64,000 nt of DNA, taken from positions 7,040,001-7,104,000 of the forward strand of contig OZ245838.1 in assembly GCA_965228735.1 (NCBI GenBank). The letters run 5' to 3'. Source of the DNA: Planctomycetota bacterium (GTDB lineage: Bacteria; Planctomycetota; UBA1135; UBA2386). The notes under the pieces are model-generated. The model had not been told where the DNA came from. It worked only from the letters and a program-made list of their open reading frames with translations, and made no database searches. The translations under genes were made by a program, and so were the position numbers. The number at the start of each line of letters is the position of its first letter. Positions within the stretch are counted from its first letter, which is position 1. This document shows positions 59,105 through 64,000 of the stretch, in pieces.

Positions 59105-60220
59105 ATGCCCCGTTCGCTCTTCACGCCGTTCGCCGCTGCCCTGTTTGCCACGACGGCTCTGACGCAGACGTTCGTCGTCGACGCCCAGAATGGCCCCGGC
59201 ACGAACTTCACGACCATCGCCGCTGCCGTCGGCGCCGTGCCCGATGGCGCGACGCTGATCGTGCGGCCAGGGATCTACACCGGATTCTCCGTCGTCCAGA
59301 AAGGCGTGAACGTGCTCGCGGATCCGGGCGTCCATGTCTACTCGGGCATCACGATTCTCGAGGTCGGACCGCAACAGAAGGTCGTCATTCGCGGGGTGGA
59401 GTGGGGCAACCCGACCGGGGTCGGAACGTTGGCCGTGCGCGATTGTCGCGGCCCCGTCCTCGTCGAGGACTGCGCGGGGACGCCGGCCAACGCGCCGTTC
59501 GGCGGGACGATCTCGATCCAGGCCAGTGACTCCGTGCACCTCGCGCGGACCCTGGTCGTCAGTCCCCTGTTCGAGCCGGTCGAGACGTCGGGCAGCGACG
59601 TGACGATCACCGACAGCCAGCTGCGCGGCCCGATCGGCCGCACCGGTCTGCAGCAGATCGGTGGCCGCACGCGGATCAGCAATACCTACGTCGAGGGCGC
59701 TGGGAGCGTGCTGCCCGCGTCGCCGACGAGCGTCGTCGGCATGCTCGGCGGCGAACTGACCCTCGACGGCGACTCGGCGCTCGTCGGTGCCGCGCCCGTC
59801 ATGGTCGGCATCGAAGGCAACGGGAACGCGATCGTCGACCCCGGCGCGACGATCCTCTCGACGAATCGGATCGGCGCCGGGATCACCGAGTTCTCGCGCG
59901 CGCTCGCGCGCTGCTCGGCGTCGACCGCGGCGCTCGGCGGCACGGCCACCGCCACGATCGAAGGCCCGTCCGGCAGCTTCGCGGTGGCGCTCGCGGGCTT
60001 CGTCGGCGCCGCGCAGAACGTGCCGGGACCGATGTATCCGCTGTGGATCGACCTCGGGACGATGATCCCGGTGGTCAGCGGCGTCACCCCGCTGACGTCG
60101 AGCTACACGGTGCCGAACGCGGCGTGGGTGCGCGGCATCACGTTCGGTTGGCAGGGTCTGGTCTACGACCAGACGAACGGACTGCAGCTCAGCAACCCGG
60201 GCATCTACACGCACTGGTAG
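59105..60220 (+). CDS. Secreted beta-helix-like protein with shared C-terminal domain
   Basis: Signal peptide; FVVDAQNGPGTNFTTIAAAV...VRPGIY; C-terminal VPN....G..FGWQG...LSNP. Confidence 0.8.
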   Translation: MPRSLFTPFAAALFATTALTQTFVVDAQNGPGTNFTTIAAAVGAVPDGATLIVRPGIYTGFSVVQKGVNVLADPGVHVYSGITILEVGPQQKVVIRGVEWGNPTGVGTLAVRDCRGPVLVEDCAGTPANAPFGGTISIQASDSVHLARTLVVSPLFEPVETSGSDVTITDSQLRGPIGRTGLQQIGGRTRISNTYVEGAGSVLPASPTSVVGMLGGELTLDGDSALVGAAPVMVGIEGNGNAIVDPGATILSTNRIGAGITEFSRALARCSASTAALGGTATATIEGPSGSFAVALAGFVGAAQNVPGPMYPLWIDLGTMIPVVSGVTPLTSSYTVPNAAWVRGITFGWQGLVYDQTNGLQLSNPGIYTHW

Positions 60221-60238
60221 GAGCGTGCGCGAGCGCCG

Positions 60239-60265
60239 CGGGTCGCGGCAGTGGCCCGCGACCCG
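60239..60265. terminator. Hairpin between convergent genes
   Basis: cgggtcgcgg-cagtggc-ccgcgacccg, 10-bp stem. Confidence 0.45.
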
Positions 60266-60269
60266 GCTG

Positions 60270-61076
60270 CTACTTGCCGTTCTTCTTGCCTGCTTCCGCG
60301 CGCTTGTTCTTCAGGTAGGCGCGCCAGTACTTGCGGTACTTCTGCGGCACCTTCGGCGTGCTGCCGCGGTGCTTCAGTGAGTTGAGGTAGGGCTGCAGCT
60401 CACCCCAGGTCTCCGCGCCCTCACCCGGGCGGCCCGGGCCGGTGGCGTTCTCGGGCGGGTTGGTGCCGCGACGGTTCGCGCCGCGCGCGTCGCGTTCGTT
60501 GCCGTCCGCGGGTTGGCTCGCCTGCTGCTCGTCACCCTGTTCGGTCGGATCGCCCGTCGGCTGGCGGAGATCCTGCTTCGCGAACTCGGGCGTGCTGGAC
60601 TCGCGGCGGTTCTGCGGCGAGCGCTGCGACGCCGCGCCAGTCGCCTTCGAACCCGGCTCGTTCTCGCCGCGACCGCTCTGGTCTCGGCCATTCTGACGTT
60701 GCGACGAGTTGTTCTGGCCGGACCGGCCAGAGCCACCGCCGCTTCAATTGCCGCACTGGTCCTTCAGCTCGTGCAGCTTCTCGATGAGGCGGTCGATGCC
60801 ATCGGCAGCGGCCTTGCTGCCGTCCATCGAACGCGCGAGCTTGTCCTTCGACGTCGTGCGGCCGCTCTGTGACGCGCTCGACTCGAGGAGCATGCGGTCG
60901 ACGTCTTCGAGCTGCTCGGTGACCTCACGCGCGATCTCCTGGATCTGCCGCATGGTGTCGGACGTGGTCGGAGCGGTGCTTGCGTCTTGCGCGGTGAGCC
61001 GGGCTGGGCAGAACAGCAGCGTGGCGAACGCCAAAGCGATCGGTGCCGCGAATCGTCTCGGGTCAGGGCCGGTCAT
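60270..61076 (-). CDS. Secreted coiled-coil/low-complexity selenoprotein candidate (CGN-U, Sec111)
   Basis: Signal peptide; ...LKDQCGN-TGA(60744-60746)-SGGGSGRSGQ..., open in frame to WGELQPY...VPQKYRKYWRAYLK...TAG. Confidence 0.8.
60713..60731 (-). promoter_or_regulatory. Candidate SECIS hairpin
   Basis: mRNA UCUGGCC-GGUCC-GGCCAGA starting at +13 after the UGA, GGUC in the loop. Confidence 0.7.
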
Positions 61077-61172
61077 CGTCCATCTCCTTGGTGGTGACCA
61101 GTGCGGGGTGCCAGAGTCTTGGGGTGAGCAACAGAGGATACGGCATGGCGGGGCAGCCGTCGACCGGGTCGG

Positions 61173-63620
61173 CTACCGCAGGTCCACCCGCGCCTCGGGC
61201 GCCTTCAGGCTCTCGGGAATCGTCATGTCGGTCTCGCCCCGCAAGCCGTCGTCGGTCCAGAACTCGAGGTGGTAGCGGCCCGGCGCGAGCGTGTAGCTCA
61301 GCTCGTAGGGTCGCAGCGGCGAGGTGTAGAGCTTGCCCTCGTACTCGCGCGCGATCCGGCCGGTCGCGTCGGTGAAGCGGTAGCCGCGCGTCTTCGACTT
61401 CGACTGGCCCTCGGGCCACCAGATCGCGACCTTGCCGATCGCGCCGGCGCGCAGGTCGAACGTCGCGTCCGTGGTCTGGCCGGCGACGACCGTCGCGCTG
61501 CCGCTGAGCGCGACCATGCCCTTGAAGTAGGCGGTGATCTTGTAGTCGCCCGGCGTGAGGCTCGCGGCGACGATCTCGCTCTTGCGGCCGATCTCGACCC
61601 GCGTGCCGAGGGCATCACCGTCGCGACGCAGGTAGAAGTTCGGTTCGAACTCCGTCGCCCGCGCGTCCCGGTTCACGAGCACGCGCAGGCTGCCGCCCGT
61701 CTCCGTCGCGAGCACGCCGGTGTCGACGTCGCCGCCCGGCGGCAGCTCGTGCCAATCCGACGACGCGAGCACCGTCTCGCCCTCCTTGAGAATGACGCGG
61801 AACTTGCACGGCTTCACGTCTTCGACGCGGAACGCGCCGTTCTCGATCTTGACGCCCGGCCGGAACCACCCCGCGTCGGAGTTGATCGTGACCGTCACGT
61901 TGTTGGGGTTCTGGATCCGCGCGCCGGAGTCCGCGATGCGGCCGCTGACCGTGCCCGTCGCCTGCTTGACCGGTTTGTCGTAGTCGACCGTGAACTCGAC
62001 GATGCCCTGGTCCGGGACGACGCCGCTGCGTCGCGGCGCGGTGTTGCCCTTCGGTGCGTCGAACGGCGGCTGCACGCGCACCTCGTAGACGGAGGGCTCG
62101 AGGCAGAGGAACCGGAACGTGCCGTCCTTACTGCTGTTGATCGTGTGCTTTTCGCCGCTGCGCTCGTCCTGCAGCGTGACGAACAGATACGGGATCGGGT
62201 GGCCGTCGCGATACCGCACGATGCCGCTGATCGTGCGGCCCGGATCGATGACCGGGTCCCACTGCACGTCGCTGCCGGGCTCGACCGTCAGCGTCTCACG
62301 CGCGAGCGCGACCGAGATGCCGTCGCGGCCGCTGTGCTGCCGTTGCGCGAACATCCAGACCTCGCCCGGGGTGACGTTCTCGATCCGATAGCGCCCGTTC
62401 TCGTCGGTGATCGCCTGCAGGCCGCCGAACGTCTCGTCGAAGTCGATCTGCCCGCCGGCGAGGAAGCTCGTCCCCGGTTCGCGGTCGTATGCCGACACGG
62501 TGGCCCCGACCTCGGGCTCGCCCTTCTCGTTCTTCACGTGGCCGTGGACGATCGCGCCGCTCGACAGCTCGATGTCGAGCGTCGTGGTCGCTGCCGCGAC
62601 GACCTTGGCCTCGCCGCGCCAGATGCCGAACCCGGGAGCGCGCGCGGTGAGCGGCGTCGTTCCGGTGCGCAGTCCGATGAGCGTGTAGCGCCCGTTGCTG
62701 TCGGTCTCGACCGTGCGGATCGACCACGCCTCGATGAAGCGGCCGCCTTCGTAGTCGAGGTTGCGCGGGCGCTTGCCGGCCGCGACCTGGGCGCCGGCGA
62801 TCGGTTCGCCTTTCGAATCCGTGACGATGCCCGTGAGCCCGCCGCCGCCCGGGCGCAGCTGCAGATCGACGCGGGCCGGCATCGAGCTCACGTCGACGAT
62901 GTCGAGGTCGACGAGTGCGGACGGCGCGAAGCCGCGCCCGATCGCGCCGAGCGAGCACCCGGGCGGCAGGTCCACGAGCTCGAACTTGCCGGTCTCGTCC
63001 GAGTGTCCGAGAACGCGCGCGCCTTCCCACGACGTGCGCGCCGTCTGCAGCCAGATCTCGGCGTTCGCCACCGGCCTGTTGCGCGGGTCGGTCACCATGC
63101 CGGTGACGTCGACTCCGGGCTTGACCTCGAACTCGAACTCGTTGAGGCCGGGCTCGACCGTCAGGCTCTTCTGATCGCGCCGTTCCGTCGACAGGTAGTA
63201 CTTGCCCGGCGTGAGGCCGGCGAACTCGGCGCGGCCGTGCTCGTCGGTCGTGCCAAGCGCGGAAGACCGCGAGATCCGGTTGCCGCGCATGCGCTGCACT
63301 CGGATCTTGACGTTGCGCACGATCGCGCCGCCTTCTTTCGAAACCGTCGTGACGCGCAGCAGCGCTTCACCGTCAGCGATCTCGGGCTCGCCGTCACCCG
63401 TCGCCGTCGCTTCCGTCCGCAGTTCGTTGCTGGCCGGTTGCGGCGCTTCGTCGACGTCGGTCGCGGCGAGCTCGCCGTCCGAGGTGTCGGCGGTGAGGTT
63501 CGTCTCCGGCGCGTTCGGGGTCGGCGCCGGCGCGGCGTCACCGCGAGACCAGAACAACCAGATGGCGCCGGCCACGGCAGCGAGCAGCAGCGCGACGACG
63601 GGGAGCTTCGATCGGGGCAT
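61173..63620 (-). CDS. Membrane-anchored carboxypeptidase-regulatory-like repeat protein
   Basis: GAGGA Shine-Dalgarno before MPRSKLPVVALLL (TM); repeated G.VTD..G.PI / TD..GRY motifs. Confidence 0.82.
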   Translation of the reverse strand: MPRSKLPVVALLLAAVAGAIWLFWSRGDAAPAPTPNAPETNLTADTSDGELAATDVDEAPQPASNELRTEATATGDGEPEIADGEALLRVTTVSKEGGAIVRNVKIRVQRMRGNRISRSSALGTTDEHGRAEFAGLTPGKYYLSTERRDQKSLTVEPGLNEFEFEVKPGVDVTGMVTDPRNRPVANAEIWLQTARTSWEGARVLGHSDETGKFELVDLPPGCSLGAIGRGFAPSALVDLDIVDVSSMPARVDLQLRPGGGGLTGIVTDSKGEPIAGAQVAAGKRPRNLDYEGGRFIEAWSIRTVETDSNGRYTLIGLRTGTTPLTARAPGFGIWRGEAKVVAAATTTLDIELSSGAIVHGHVKNEKGEPEVGATVSAYDREPGTSFLAGGQIDFDETFGGLQAITDENGRYRIENVTPGEVWMFAQRQHSGRDGISVALARETLTVEPGSDVQWDPVIDPGRTISGIVRYRDGHPIPYLFVTLQDERSGEKHTINSSKDGTFRFLCLEPSVYEVRVQPPFDAPKGNTAPRRSGVVPDQGIVEFTVDYDKPVKQATGTVSGRIADSGARIQNPNNVTVTINSDAGWFRPGVKIENGAFRVEDVKPCKFRVILKEGETVLASSDWHELPPGGDVDTGVLATETGGSLRVLVNRDARATEFEPNFYLRRDGDALGTRVEIGRKSEIVAASLTPGDYKITAYFKGMVALSGSATVVAGQTTDATFDLRAGAIGKVAIWWPEGQSKSKTRGYRFTDATGRIAREYEGKLYTSPLRPYELSYTLAPGRYHLEFWTDDGLRGETDMTIPESLKAPEARVDLR

Positions 63621-63845
63621 GCGAGTCCTCCGGAGATCGTGACGATACCGGATCCGACGCAGCAGCTGGTCCCGAACTCCGGCTACCGCAGCTGGAGTGC
63701 GCGAACGACAGGTTGGTCGCGGACTTCGATCTCCTCGTCGATCGTCATGGTGCTTTGCAGCTTGTTCGGGCCGGACGCGGTAATGCGATAGTGGCCCGGT
63801 GGGAACTGCAGACAAGGCACCCGCGGTGGTCGACAGATCCCCGGG

Positions 63846-63998
63846 TCAGCGATCCCAGTCGGCCGGCAGTCGGATTTCGATCTCGGCGGCTTCGTGCTCG
63901 GTGAACGAGATGGGCGGGAGGGTCACGAACATCCGTTCGCGCGCGGCCAGATCGTCGAAGTGCGCGATGAGGTGCTCCCGAAAAGCCGCCTCATCCTG
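63846..63998 (-). CDS. 3' end of a hypothetical gene entering from the window end
   Basis: Frame QDEAAFREHLIAHFDDLAARERMFVTLPPISFTEHEAAEIEIRLPADWDR* with typical codon usage. Confidence 0.5.
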   Translation of the reverse strand, partial: QDEAAFREHLIAHFDDLAARERMFVTLPPISFTEHEAAEIEIRLPADWDR

Positions 63999-64000
63999 CA

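Noticed and set aside
63620..63848. TGA at 63846-63848 is in frame with the 61173 ORF
   Set aside because: The intervening translation looks non-coding, and the downstream gene has its own Shine-Dalgarno and TM-start at 63620.

Overview
A high-GC bacterial window whose gene content points to Planctomycetota, probably an uncultured lineage (inferred from the sulfatase, ECF sigma/Ser-Thr kinase pair, membrane-tethered ECF sigmas, BlaI/BlaR1 and many secreted proteins). It holds about 45 mostly accessory genes and one housekeeping gene, topB. I saw no rRNA, tRNA, CRISPR array, integrase or transposase. The main result is three exported proteins that the ORF track splits at an in-frame TGA. Each TGA sits near a Cys and is followed by a SECIS-like hairpin with a GGU-containing loop, so they are candidate selenoproteins: a thioredoxin-like CxU protein (46978-48198), a non-thioredoxin coiled-coil CxxU protein (60270-61076) and a GspG-like pseudopilin (37717-38178). 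Other signals are a ~500-bp nested inverted-repeat element, a C-terminal domain shared by four unrelated secreted proteins, a widespread leaderless-promoter pattern, a periplasmic-binding-protein/metzincin fusion and tandem di-heme oxidoreductases. All family calls come from motif recognition by eye, not from database searches.
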